This document shows, piece after piece, positions 1 to 9,513 of a stretch of 64,000 bases of DNA (position 1 is its first letter; each line of letters starts with the position of its first letter). Location: NCBI GenBank assembly GCA_963770565.1, contig CAVYQE010000001.1:1216001-1280000 (forward strand), in the 5' to 3' direction. This stretch comes from an uncultured Actinomycetota bacterium. GTDB taxonomy: Bacteria; Actinomycetota; Actinomycetes; JAFAQI01. Below the pieces are notes generated by a model. The model saw only the letters and a list, made by a program, of their open reading frames with translations. It searched no databases and was not told the origin of the DNA. The translations under genes were made by a program, and so were the position numbers.

Positions 1-313
1 AGGTCCAGACCCGGTGATTGGCGGACTCGCTCCAACTGGTCGCGAACTCCGGCTCGATCTCCTTGGTGTTCAGGTTGTACTGCACGAGGTACGGGTAGAT
101 GTTGACGAACGAGTCGTAGGCCAGCGTGCTCTGAGACACGAACGGGTTCATCGACTCCAACGGGGCGTGGGTGCCGAGCCGGAGAATCCCGCCATCGCCG
201 CTTGACGACGAGCCGCCGGACGACCCGCCGCAGGAGGACGCAAGTAAGGCAACGGCCGCTGCGATCACGGCGGTGGCCCGCAGCGTTGGGCGTGCAGTTC
301 GACTCGCGATCAT
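1..313 (-). CDS. Peptide/nickel ABC transporter substrate-binding lipoprotein (family 5), N-terminal part, runs off the window edge
   Basis: Translated manually from the ATG at 313: MIASRTARPTLRATAVIAAAVALLASSCGGSS...LESMNPF...YPYLVQY...PEFATSW. Lipobox ASSC, GGAGGG RBS, directly downstream of two Dpp/Opp permeases. Confidence 0.85.
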   Translation of the reverse strand, partial: MIASRTARPTLRATAVIAAAVALLASSCGGSSGGSSSSGDGGILRLGTHAPLESMNPFVSQSTLAYDSFVNIYPYLVQYNLNTKEIEPEFATSWSESANHRVWT

Positions 314-347
314 TCCTGATCCCTCCACCCGGTGGTGCCGTCGTTCG

Positions 348-1316
348 TCATGACTGGGACTTGGCGGCGGCTCGCCCGTCGCGCGCGGTGCGCAGTCGCC
401 AATAGCGCGACGAGACGTGCGCGACCTTCAGCCGCGGGTTCAGGCCGTCTTCGAGCGCGTTGCCGACGAGGTAGCAGGCGACGATCACCAGCGCAATGCA
501 CACGCCGGGCGGCACGAAGGCCCACCAGGCGCCGAAGCTGACCGCCGTACGGTCGTCCGCGTGCTCCAGCAGGGTGCCCCACGTGATTGACGAGGCCGAT
601 CCCAGGCCTAGGAAGTCCAGCGTGGTCTCGTCGAAGATCGCGACCGCGATCATCAGAACCATGTTGGCGATCAGCAGCGGCGCCACGTGCGGCAGTACGT
701 GCTTGAAGATAATCCGCCAGTTGGTGGCGCCGAGTGAGCGCGCGTGCGCGACGAAGCCGCGCTCTCGCACGCTCTTGACCTGCGCGCGGATGACCCGGGC
801 CGTCGTGGTCCACAGCAACAGGCCGATCACGAAGATCACGTGAGTGATGCTCGGGCCCCACAGTGCCGCGACGACGATCATCAGCACCAGGTCGGGGATG
901 ACCAGGAAGAAGTCGGTGATGCGCATGAGCACGGCCTCGGTGATCCCGCCGAAATAGCCGGACAGTACGCCGATGCCGCCGCCGATCACGAGCGACACCA
1001 GCGTGGCGGCTCCGCCGACGAGCAGTGAGATCCGTGCGCCCTGGACCGTCTCGCTGAACATGTCGATGCCGCCGTCGTCCAGACCGAACCAGTGATGGAC
1101 GGACGGATGCCCGAAGACCTTGCCGGTCTGCAGCGATGTGCTGTACGGCTCAAAGAACGGGCCGAACAGCGCGAGGAGGACGAAGAAGCCGAGAATTGCC
1201 AGGCCGGCCAGCGCGGCGGGGTGGCCCCGAAGGCTGCGTTGGATCTGGCGTCGCCGGCTGATGCCGCCTTCGGCGACGACGAGGTCCCCGCCCGCGCTGA
1301 TCGTGCTAGTGCTCAT
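348..1316 (-). CDS. Peptide ABC transporter permease (DppC/OppC-like)
   Basis: HWFGLDDGGIDMFSETVQGARISL motif, EAA-like loop (FVAHARSLGA), multiple TM helices. Confidence 0.9.
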   Translation of the reverse strand: MSTSTISAGGDLVVAEGGISRRRQIQRSLRGHPAALAGLAILGFFVLLALFGPFFEPYSTSLQTGKVFGHPSVHHWFGLDDGGIDMFSETVQGARISLLVGGAATLVSLVIGGGIGVLSGYFGGITEAVLMRITDFFLVIPDLVLMIVVAALWGPSITHVIFVIGLLLWTTTARVIRAQVKSVRERGFVAHARSLGATNWRIIFKHVLPHVAPLLIANMVLMIAVAIFDETTLDFLGLGSASSITWGTLLEHADDRTAVSFGAWWAFVPPGVCIALVIVACYLVGNALEDGLNPRLKVAHVSSRYWRLRTARDGRAAAKSQS

Positions 1317-2274
1317 GCGAGATCCGCGGGTCGAGGCTGAAGTAGAGCGTCTCGGCGAGGAAGTTGAAGAAGATGACCGAGAACGCGATGACCAGGAAGC
1401 CGCCCTGCATCATCGGGTAGTCACGGGTGACGACCGCGTTGTAGAGGGCGGAGCCGATGCCCGGCCAGGTGAAGACGATCTCGACGAGGATCGCGCCGGC
1501 CACGATGTAGCCCAGCGAGAGCGCGATGAGGGTGACGATCGGCAGCATGGCGTTGCGCAACGCGTGTCGGCGCACGATCGACCGCTGGGTCAGCCCTTTC
1601 GCGCGCGCGGTCAGGATGAAGTCCTCGCCGAGGACCTCGAGCATCGCCGAGCGGATGATCAACGTCATGCTGCCGTAGATCGTGAGGACCAGCGTGATCC
1701 CGGGCAGGATCATGTGCTTGGCGATGTCCTCCATGTGCTGCCAGAACGGCGGGGTGGTGAACTCGAACGGACTGCTCATGCCGGCGGATGGCAGGTGGCC
1801 GCCGAGCAGGATGAGCAGCAACAGACCGATCCACTGGGTGGGCAGGGCGTAGAGCACGACCGCGGTGCCGGTGCTGATGTGGTCGACGAGCGTCCCGCGC
1901 CGGCGGGCGGAGATGATCCCGGTCCACAGCCCGAGGAGCAGCGCGATCAGGGTCGAGATGCCGACCAGCGGGATCGTGTTCTTCAGCGCGATATAGAGGT
2001 TGTGGCTCACCGGCTGCTGGTTGGTGAACGAGATCCCCAGGTTGCCGTGCAGGAGCTGCTTGACGTAGAGGAAGTACTGCGCCGTGGTGGACCGGTCTAA
2101 GCCGAACTCGCGCTTGAGCGCGGCTTGGAGCTGTGGCGAGGAGTTCGGGACGTGCGCCCAGTTGGTGATCGCGCTGCCGGGCAGGACCCGGAAGAGGAAG
2201 AAGTTGATCGTGACCGCGACAATCGCGGTCACCAGCGCGAAGACCGCGCGCTTGAGGATCCCGTACCGCAGCAT
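1306..2274 (-). CDS. Peptide ABC transporter permease (DppB/OppB-like)
   Basis: FGLDRS..QYF.Y...LLHGNLGISF, EDFILTARAKGL, EIVFTWPGIG, RDYPMMQG, C-terminal DPRI. Confidence 0.92.
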   Translation of the reverse strand: MLRYGILKRAVFALVTAIVAVTINFFLFRVLPGSAITNWAHVPNSSPQLQAALKREFGLDRSTTAQYFLYVKQLLHGNLGISFTNQQPVSHNLYIALKNTIPLVGISTLIALLLGLWTGIISARRRGTLVDHISTGTAVVLYALPTQWIGLLLLILLGGHLPSAGMSSPFEFTTPPFWQHMEDIAKHMILPGITLVLTIYGSMTLIIRSAMLEVLGEDFILTARAKGLTQRSIVRRHALRNAMLPIVTLIALSLGYIVAGAILVEIVFTWPGIGSALYNAVVTRDYPMMQGGFLVIAFSVIFFNFLAETLYFSLDPRISHEH

Positions 2275-2334
2275 CGCGGCCTCAGCCCCCGTCTCCGAAC
2301 GTCGTCAACACGCTCGCAGGCCTTCCTTCCGGCC

Positions 2335-2363
2335 GACTGTCAACGGTCGGAGTGTTGACAGTC
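2335..2363. promoter_or_regulatory. Inverted repeat GACTGTCAAC-N9-GTTGACAGTC (operator or hairpin) upstream of the peptide ABC operon
   Basis: Perfect 10-bp arms; the TGTCAAC core matches boxes at 4768-4866. Confidence 0.5.
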
Positions 2364-2384
2364 CGGTAAAACTACCATCGCCGG

Positions 2385-3512
2385 TCAACGGTTGTCCCGC
2401 CCGTTTGGTGCCGCCCGGGCGAAGTCCGCGATCACCGCGGCGAGCACCCGGGCGGCCTTGACGACCTCCCGGATGTCGATCTGTTCGCCGGGCCCGTGCG
2501 CGCTTCGAAGGAGGCCGGGTCCGAAGACGATCGTCTCGGCCCGCGAGACCGTGGCGAAGTTGTGCGCGTCCGTCCAGGCCGGCATGTACGTCGGCCCCCG
2601 GCTGTCACCGAGGACAGCCGCAGTCGCCGCCAGCGTCGCGCGCGGCAGCCAAGCATCGCTCGGTGTCTCGAACCCGGGAACCGAGTCCACGACCTGCAGT
2701 CGGGCCTGGTGGGCGCCGCACAGCTGGGTCAGCTCCGTGATGACTCGCTCGGGTGTGACCGGCGCGAAGAACTGGGACTCGAGGAAGAAACGGGCCCGGT
2801 CAGGGACCACGTTGAGTTCCTGGGGGCTCGAGAAGGCGTGCACGGATACCCGGTTGGGTGCGCCGAGCGGATGCTCGACCGTCGTAAAGGGTGCCTGCGT
2901 GCAGGCGTGGATCAGGCCGGCCGCGTTCTCGATCGCGTTGTCGCCGTCGCGGCCGAAGGAGTGGTGCGCGGTCACCCCTTCGACGTCGATCCACGAGTCG
3001 ACGTAGCCCGCCTCCGCGCTGGCGACTCTGAGGTCGGTCCCCTCAAGCGCGACGACGTACTCCGGTTGTGCCGCCGAGGCCATCTGAAGCGAGCCGGTTC
3101 CGCCGGACTCCTCGTCGACGCACAGCCCGAGGCCGACCGGTGTCCGGCCGAGGTCGACGCCGTCGTCGCGCGCCAGCATCAGCGCGAGCAGGCCGGTGAC
3201 GACGCCGCCCTTGTCGTCCTGCGCGCCCAATCCCCGGACGACGGTTCCGTCGACGCTCGCATCAGCGCATTCCCAACCGGGGGTGATCGTGTCGGTGTGC
3301 GCGGTCAGCAGGAGTGCGGGGCGGCTGGTCACGCCGACCACCAGGTTCGGCCCGCTGCCCTCGACCGGGTCCGGATGCACCGACCAGCCGCGCTCGCCGA
3401 GGCGGGTCGACAGATGTGCGACGAGCTCGGACTCCTCGTGGCTGTAGGAACGGATGTTGACGAGTTCGACCAGCTCGGTACGCGCCCACTCGAGGGCTTG
3501 CCGGTCGTTCAC
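2385..3512 (-). CDS. M20 family metallopeptidase/deacylase (ArgE/DapE-like)
   Basis: Metal-binding motifs HTDT, GAQDDKGG, DEE, and C-terminal FGPG...AHGPGE. Confidence 0.85.
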   Translation of the reverse strand: MNDRQALEWARTELVELVNIRSYSHEESELVAHLSTRLGERGWSVHPDPVEGSGPNLVVGVTSRPALLLTAHTDTITPGWECADASVDGTVVRGLGAQDDKGGVVTGLLALMLARDDGVDLGRTPVGLGLCVDEESGGTGSLQMASAAQPEYVVALEGTDLRVASAEAGYVDSWIDVEGVTAHHSFGRDGDNAIENAAGLIHACTQAPFTTVEHPLGAPNRVSVHAFSSPQELNVVPDRARFFLESQFFAPVTPERVITELTQLCGAHQARLQVVDSVPGFETPSDAWLPRATLAATAAVLGDSRGPTYMPAWTDAHNFATVSRAETIVFGPGLLRSAHGPGEQIDIREVVKAARVLAAVIADFARAAPNGRDNR

Positions 3513-3539
3513 GGCCGCGGGCGGCCGGTCATCGTCTCG

Positions 3540-4694
3540 TCACGCGCCGATCGCGTAGGAATGCGGCGTGCTCCAGTGCAGCCAGACCTCGTCGCCTCGA
3601 GCGATCGGCTGCCTCGACGAGGCGGAGTTGAGTAGGTGGACCACCATCTCCTCGCCGGCCACGGTGGCCACCGAGAACGACGTCGACGTGCCGAGATAGA
3701 TCACTTCCCGCACGATCCCTTTGACTCGGCAGTCCGCACTTGTCGGCTCGTCGCCGGTCGTGATCGAGATCTTCTCGGGCCGAACGGTGAGATGCACCGA
3801 TGCGCCTTTGGTCACCCGGTCGTTCTGGCTGACCAGGACCCGGCCGGCCGCTCCGAACCGGATCACGCCGACGCCGTCGACGAGATCTGCGACCGAGCCG
3901 GTGAGGATGTTCGAGACGCCGATGAAGCCGGCGACGAAGCGGTTGGCCGGGAATTCGTAGACGTCGTGCGGCGTCCCGAGCTGCTCGACCCGCCCGGCGT
4001 TCATGATCGCGAGCCGGTCGCTCATGACCAGTGCTTCGGTCTGATCGTGCGTCACATAGACGAACGTGATCCCCACGTCACGCTGGATCCGCTTGAGCTC
4101 GGTCTGCATCGTCTGTCGGAGCTTGAGATCGAGCGCGCCGAGCGGCTCGTCGAGCAGCAGTGCTCCCGGTCGGTTGACGAGTGCGCGAGCCAAGGCGACG
4201 CGCTGCTGCTGACCCCCGGACAGGTCCCGGGAGCGCCGCGATCCGAGCCCACCGAGCTCGACCAGCTCGAGGATCTCGTTGACCCTTCGGGTCACCTCCT
4301 GCGACGGCACCTTCTTCCGTCGCAGCCCGTAAGCGATGTTGTTGAACACCGACATGTGGGGGAACAGCGCATAGTCCTGGAAGACCATGTTGACGTCGCG
4401 CCGGTTCGGCGGGACCCCGTCGGTGCGCTCGCCATGGAGCCGGATCTCACCGCTGTCCGGTTCGTCGAGTCCGGCGATCATCCGCAACGTGGTCGACTTG
4501 CCGCATCCGGACGGACCGAGCAGGGAGAAGAACTCCCCGGGCCGGATCGCGAGGTCGATGCCGTTCACCGCTTGGACGTTGCCGTCCTTGACGCCGAACC
4601 GCTTGACCACGTCGATCAGCTCGATCGCCGGGGTGTGGTCGTCGTACTGCGGGCTGGCCGCGACGACCGACGAGGGCTGGCCGACGGTGCTCAC
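3540..4694 (-). CDS. Polyamine-type ABC transporter ATP-binding protein (PotA-like, C-terminal TOBE)
   Basis: Walker A GPSGCGKS, LSGGQQQR, LLLDEPLGALD, VFQDYALFPH. The start (GTG at 4694) is an estimate. Confidence 0.9.
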   Translation of the reverse strand: MSTVGQPSSVVAASPQYDDHTPAIELIDVVKRFGVKDGNVQAVNGIDLAIRPGEFFSLLGPSGCGKSTTLRMIAGLDEPDSGEIRLHGERTDGVPPNRRDVNMVFQDYALFPHMSVFNNIAYGLRRKKVPSQEVTRRVNEILELVELGGLGSRRSRDLSGGQQQRVALARALVNRPGALLLDEPLGALDLKLRQTMQTELKRIQRDVGITFVYVTHDQTEALVMSDRLAIMNAGRVEQLGTPHDVYEFPANRFVAGFIGVSNILTGSVADLVDGVGVIRFGAAGRVLVSQNDRVTKGASVHLTVRPEKISITTGDEPTSADCRVKGIVREVIYLGTSTSFSVATVAGEEMVVHLLNSASSRQPIARGDEVWLHWSTPHSYAIGA

Positions 4695-4767
4695 CGAGGC
4701 GTCAACCGACGACCGGGCCGGGCGGGCGGCACGTGCATGAGGCAGGGTAACCGCGCACTCCGGTAAG

Positions 4768-4866
4768 TTGTCAACACTCGACTTATCAGAGAATCCGCGA
4801 ATCCTCTTGACCTGGCGCGCTCCGGCCCCTAGGTTGTCCACAATTCGCGCGTACTCATGTCGACAA
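4768..4866. promoter_or_regulatory. Three TTGTC(G/C/A)ACA-type boxes in the divergent promoter region, probable GntR/FadR operators
   Basis: TTGTCAACA at 4768-4776, TTGTCCACAA at 4834-4843, ATGTCGACAA at 4857-4866. Confidence 0.5.
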
Positions 4867-4933
4867 CGGCGTCGGGGCGGGACACGTCGGCACGGGCGGG
4901 TGACCTCGAGGAGTCGGTTCCGGGAGGCAGCGA

Positions 4934-5752
4934 ATGCGACGACGCTCACCGGGGTGGGGCGGCGGGCTCGGCCTGCTGAGCGGTGCTTACGTCGGCCTCT
5001 GCCTGCTCATCCTCTTCGCGCCGCTCATCGTCTTGCTGCTGTTCTCGTTCAACTCGGCCGGCACCATCAGTCTGCCGTTCACCGGCTTCAGTCTCGAGTG
5101 GTTCCGGGCGCTCGCACAGGAGCCCGACGCGGTCCAGGCGTTCAAGAGCTCGCTGGTGGTCGCCGGCGTCGTCACGCCGATCTGCATCCTCGCCGGTCTG
5201 ACCAGCGCGTACGCCGTCGCCCGGCTGAAGGGCGTGTGGAAGGGCCTCTGCCTGGGGTTCTTCAGCATCCCGCTCGTCGTGCCCTGGCTGGTCATCGGCG
5301 TCGCGGCGCTGCTGTTCTTCACCACGATCGGGGTGACGACCTCGACGCTGACCGTGGTCGTGATGCAGGTCGTGGTCACCTTCCCGCTGATCACCCTGAT
5401 TCTCTACGCCCGCCTCGCCGGGATGTCGCCATCGGTTGAGGAGGCGGCGTTCGACCTCGGCTCCGGGCGCCTCGGCGTGCTGTGCCGGATCGTCCTGCCG
5501 CAGCTCGTCACGCCGATCATCGTCAGCGGGCTGTTCGCGTTCATCTCGTCGTTGGGCAACTTCGTCGTGACGTTCTTCGTCAGTGGTTACAACGCCACCA
5601 TTCCGGTCTGGGCATACAGCTCGCTGCGGCATGCGCAGGACCTGCCGATCGTCAATGCGGCCTCGACGATCATGCTCGCCATCACGCTCGTCGTCTTCGG
5701 TTTGGTCTATGTCCTGACCCGTCGGGACGGTGATGACACCTCGTGGCTGTGA
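4934..5752 (+). CDS. Polyamine-type ABC permease (PotC-like)
   Basis: LLLFSFNS...FTGFSLEWF, EEAAFDLG EAA motif, GGAGG RBS. Confidence 0.9.
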   Translation: MRRRSPGWGGGLGLLSGAYVGLCLLILFAPLIVLLLFSFNSAGTISLPFTGFSLEWFRALAQEPDAVQAFKSSLVVAGVVTPICILAGLTSAYAVARLKGVWKGLCLGFFSIPLVVPWLVIGVAALLFFTTIGVTTSTLTVVVMQVVVTFPLITLILYARLAGMSPSVEEAAFDLGSGRLGVLCRIVLPQLVTPIIVSGLFAFISSLGNFVVTFFVSGYNATIPVWAYSSLRHAQDLPIVNAASTIMLAITLVVFGLVYVLTRRDGDDTSWL

Positions 5753-6624
5753 CCGCAACGGTTGACACGGTTCGCCCCCGCCGCGGCGCGAACCGGATCC
5801 AGCGGGTGGCGTGGGCGATGACGCCGCTCGGCCTGTTGCTGCTCCTGCCGTTCTTCTACGTGCCGCTGTTCGCGCTGCTCGTTCGCAGCCTGCACCCCGG
5901 TCATGGCCTGCATTGGTGGAGCGCCTACCACCAGATCCTGTCCCAGGGCGACTTGCTGCCGATCCTCCGGCAGTCGTTCACAATTGCCGGCCTGACCTTC
6001 CTGATCATGTTGGTGATCGGCTATCCGCTCGCCTACATCATCACGTTCCGAATGAAGAAGTCGGCGCACCTTCCGATGCTTCTCATCCTGATCATCTCCG
6101 GCAGTGTCAGCGACATCGTGCGGATCTTTGCGTGGTTCACGCTGCTCGGCTACCACGGCATCCTCAACGAGGCGCTGCTCAAGCTGCACATCATCCACCA
6201 GCCGATCACGGTCATCCTGTTCAGCCGGCTTGCCGTGATTCTTGTCCTCGGGGCCGGCTGGCTGCCGTACGTCGTGATCCCGATCTACGCCGCCATGCGC
6301 ACGATCGACCGGAGCTGTCTTGAAGCGGCGAGTGACCTTTACTCGAGCCGGTTCGCGGTGATCCGCCATGTGATCGTGCCGATGTCGGCGCCAGGCATTC
6401 TCGGCGCATTCATCGTCGTCTTCGTTCCACTCCTCAGCGAGTTCGCGACGCCTCAGCTGGTCGGCGGCCCGAACTCTCTCATGGTCGGCAACCTCGTGAG
6501 CGACCAGCTGCTGGAGGTCGGCAACTGGCCGGCCGCGGCGGCCGGCGCCACGTTGTTGCTCGTGATCGCGGTCGTGCTGATCACGCTCGCGCAACGCGTG
6601 TCGAGGCGGGCCTATGGCAGCTGA
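5743..6624 (+). CDS. Polyamine-type ABC permease (PotB-like)
   Basis: GYPLAY, VRIFAW..LL...GILN, LEAASDL, ATPQLVGG, NWPAAAA. Confidence 0.9.
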   Translation: MAVTATVDTVRPRRGANRIQRVAWAMTPLGLLLLLPFFYVPLFALLVRSLHPGHGLHWWSAYHQILSQGDLLPILRQSFTIAGLTFLIMLVIGYPLAYIITFRMKKSAHLPMLLILIISGSVSDIVRIFAWFTLLGYHGILNEALLKLHIIHQPITVILFSRLAVILVLGAGWLPYVVIPIYAAMRTIDRSCLEAASDLYSSRFAVIRHVIVPMSAPGILGAFIVVFVPLLSEFATPQLVGGPNSLMVGNLVSDQLLEVGNWPAAAAGATLLLVIAVVLITLAQRVSRRAYGS

Positions 6625-6679
6625 CCAGATATTGACCGACAACCACCCAGGACCGGCTTCACCACTCAAGGAGTGCACA

Positions 6680-7789
6680 GTGTCGTCACGGCTCAGAAAG
6701 CTTCGACTAGTAGCGATTGGCGCGGCGATGACAGTCGTCGCAGCCGCATGTTCATCGTCCGGCAGCTCGCCGGCCTCGAGCGGCGGTTCGTCGAGTCCCG
6801 GTGGCTCCACCGGCGCGTCGGGCCCGCTCACCGGAAGCCTGCGAATCTTCGCGTACGACGACGCGTTCGCGCCTGCCGTGTTCAACAGCTTCACCAAGCA
6901 GAACCCGGACCTGAAGGTGCAGAAGGCGGACATCGCAAGCGACGAGGGCGCGGTGGCAAAGTTGAAGGCCGGATTCCAAGCCGACATCGTGAACACGTGT
7001 GCGGGTCCGATCGACCAAGAGATCGGCAACGGCGACCTCCAGCCGATCGACACCTCCAGGATCAAGGACTGGAGCCAGATCTATCCGTTCTTCACGCAGA
7101 TCAAGGGCGTCAATGTCAATGGAAAGACCTACATGCTCCCGCTCGTCGGTGGCGCGTACGGCCTGGTCTACCGCCCGTCGGCCTTCCCGACCCCGCCGAC
7201 GTCGTGGATGGACCTGTTCACGACAAGCAAGCGAGTCACTGAGCCGGACGACCCGCTGACGAACATCATCGTGGCCGGCCTGGCGCTCGGCTATTTCCCG
7301 CCGCAGACGATGAACGCGACCCAGTTGGCGAACGTCAAGAAGCTTCTCATCCAGCAGAAGTCGCACGTCGTGACCTACTACCAGGGCTCGGCGCTCACCA
7401 ATCTTTGGGCGAACGACGAGGTCGACATCGTGCCGACCGACATCACCCTGGTCGACCAGATGAAGGGCAAGGACGTCGCGTTCGCTCCGATGAACCCGCC
7501 GCTCGCATGGACCTGCGGCTACTCGATCGGTGCGCATGCACAGAACCTGAACGCGGTGTATGCGTATCTCAACTACGCGCTCTCGCCGCTGGTCCAGGAC
7601 GTCCAGGCCAAGAGCTTCAGCTACCTGGTCTCCAACAAGGCGTCCGTCGCGTCGTTGTCGCCTGCCGTGCTCTCTCGGTCAGGGCAGAACAACGTCAGCA
7701 AGTACCACAGCGCGGCAACTTTCGGTACGCCGACGAACAACTCGGTGTGGACGCAGCTATGGCAGGACGTCAAGGCCTCAGGGGGTTGA
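6680..7789 (+). CDS. Polyamine-type ABC substrate-binding lipoprotein (PotD/PotF-like)
   Basis: AAGGAG RBS, lipobox AAAC, Ser/Gly linker, LQPIDTSRIKDW, P.SWMDLF. Confidence 0.85.
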   Translation: MSSRLRKLRLVAIGAAMTVVAAACSSSGSSPASSGGSSSPGGSTGASGPLTGSLRIFAYDDAFAPAVFNSFTKQNPDLKVQKADIASDEGAVAKLKAGFQADIVNTCAGPIDQEIGNGDLQPIDTSRIKDWSQIYPFFTQIKGVNVNGKTYMLPLVGGAYGLVYRPSAFPTPPTSWMDLFTTSKRVTEPDDPLTNIIVAGLALGYFPPQTMNATQLANVKKLLIQQKSHVVTYYQGSALTNLWANDEVDIVPTDITLVDQMKGKDVAFAPMNPPLAWTCGYSIGAHAQNLNAVYAYLNYALSPLVQDVQAKSFSYLVSNKASVASLSPAVLSRSGQNNVSKYHSAATFGTPTNNSVWTQLWQDVKASGG

Positions 7790-7796
7790 GGCGGAT

Positions 7797-7838
7797 CGGC
7801 GCGCGCCCCTTCACCAGCAGTGGAGGTGGCGCGCGCCG
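7797..7838 (+). terminator. Intercistronic GC-rich stem-loop after the substrate-binding protein gene
   Basis: CGGCGCGCGCC...GGCGCGCGCCG arms with additional inner pairing. Confidence 0.55.
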
Positions 7839-7873
7839 TTCCCGTGGCTCGTCGTCGACCGAAGGGGCTGGCT

Positions 7874-9496
7874 GTGACCGCTGACCTGGTGCTCACCAAT
7901 GCGGTGCTGTGGGATCGCCCTCGTTCCTCCGCGCTGGCCGTGGCGGGCGAGCGGATCGTGGCAATCGGCCCGAGCGACGACCTCCGGGACCTCGTCGGCC
8001 CGTCGACCCGGGTGATCGACGTACGGGGGCGCAGCGTGCTTCCGAGCTTCCAGGACGCGCATGTCCACCCGCTGCCGGCCGGCCTGGCGATGACCCGCTG
8101 CAATCTCCACGGACTGAGCGGTCCTGACGCGCTGAGGGCGGGGGTCGCGGCGTACGCGGCTGCGCATCCGGCTGAGTCGTGGATCCTCGGCTTCGGGTGG
8201 GAGGAGGACCACGCCGCCGACTGGCTGGACAAGCGGTTGCTCGATGAGGTGGCGCCGGATCGCCCGGTCTTCCTCATGAGCGCCGGACTGCACGATGCGT
8301 GGCTCAACAGCGCGGCGTTGGCGGCCGCGGGGATCGACGCCGGTCGCGCCGATCCGCCCGACGGCCGGATCGGGAAGGACGCCCGGGGTGAGCCGAACGG
8401 ACTGTTGCACGAGGGCGCGGTTCGCTTCGCCGAGGCGGCGGCGCCGCCGGTCTCGGACGAGGTCAACGACGCAGCGATGCTGGCGGCCCAGGCGCACATG
8501 CACGCACTTGGCATCACCGCGTGGCAGGACGCCTGGACCACGCCGGAGGTGCTGGGCACCTACCAACGGCTCGCGCGGAGCGGCGCACTGACCGCGAGGG
8601 TTACCGCGGCTCTGTGGTGGGAGCGGCTACGCGGCGAGGAGCAGATCGAGGAGTTCGTCGCCAGCCGCACGGAGTCGTTCATCGGCCGGCTGAAGGCGAC
8701 CTCGGTCAAGATCATGGTGGACGGTACGACCGGGAACTACAGCGCGTCGGTGCTCGAGCCCTACCTCGACGGCGAGGGCCTCCCGACCTGCGGATGTGGC
8801 ACCGACTTCGTCCCGGCCGACAAGTTGACCAGTGCGGTGACGAAGCTCGACGCCGCGGGTTTCCAGGTCCACTTCCACGCGATCGGTGAGCGGGCCGTGC
8901 GCAACGCGCTCGACGCGGTCGAGGCCGCCCGCCTCGCCAACGGCTGGTCGGACCTTCGCCATCACATCGCGCACGTCTGCCTCGTACACCCGGATGACAT
9001 CCCGCGCTTTGCCACCCTCGACGTCACCGCAAACATCCAGCCGCTGTGGGCGGCGGCGAGCCCTGACATGATCCGGGAGAGCCGGATCCTCGGCGAACCG
9101 CGATCGACCTGGTGGTATCCCTTCGAGGGCATCCGGACCGGCGGCGGCCGCCTGGCCGGTGGAAGCGACTGGCCGGTGAGTACGGCTGACCCGTTCCAGG
9201 AGATGCACGTCGCGGTGAATCGAACCTTGCCGGGCGATGACGGTCCGTCGTTCCTGCCGGATGAGCGATTGTCCGTCGACGCGGCGGTGCGTTCGTTCAC
9301 GTCGGGTGCGGCGTACGTCAACCGGCTCGACGACCTGAGCGGTGACCTCACGGTGGGGAAGCTTGCCGACCTGATCGTGCTCGACCGCGACCTCATGGCC
9401 GCGGATCCCGCCGCGCTGTGCGAGGCGCGGGTCCTGCTCACGCTCGTCGGCGGCTCCGTCGTCGACGAGCACTCCGAGCTCGAGCCGGCCGGGTAA
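7874..9496 (+). CDS. Amidohydrolase_3 family metallohydrolase (YtcJ/NfdA-like)
   Basis: PSFQDAHVH, VKIMVDG, FHAIGERA, HHIAH, GGSDWPV, GKLADLIVLD. Confidence 0.9.
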   Translation: MTADLVLTNAVLWDRPRSSALAVAGERIVAIGPSDDLRDLVGPSTRVIDVRGRSVLPSFQDAHVHPLPAGLAMTRCNLHGLSGPDALRAGVAAYAAAHPAESWILGFGWEEDHAADWLDKRLLDEVAPDRPVFLMSAGLHDAWLNSAALAAAGIDAGRADPPDGRIGKDARGEPNGLLHEGAVRFAEAAAPPVSDEVNDAAMLAAQAHMHALGITAWQDAWTTPEVLGTYQRLARSGALTARVTAALWWERLRGEEQIEEFVASRTESFIGRLKATSVKIMVDGTTGNYSASVLEPYLDGEGLPTCGCGTDFVPADKLTSAVTKLDAAGFQVHFHAIGERAVRNALDAVEAARLANGWSDLRHHIAHVCLVHPDDIPRFATLDVTANIQPLWAAASPDMIRESRILGEPRSTWWYPFEGIRTGGGRLAGGSDWPVSTADPFQEMHVAVNRTLPGDDGPSFLPDERLSVDAAVRSFTSGAAYVNRLDDLSGDLTVGKLADLIVLDRDLMAADPAALCEARVLLTLVGGSVVDEHSELEPAG

Positions 9497-9513
9497 CTCG
9501 AGCGGGTCGACGG

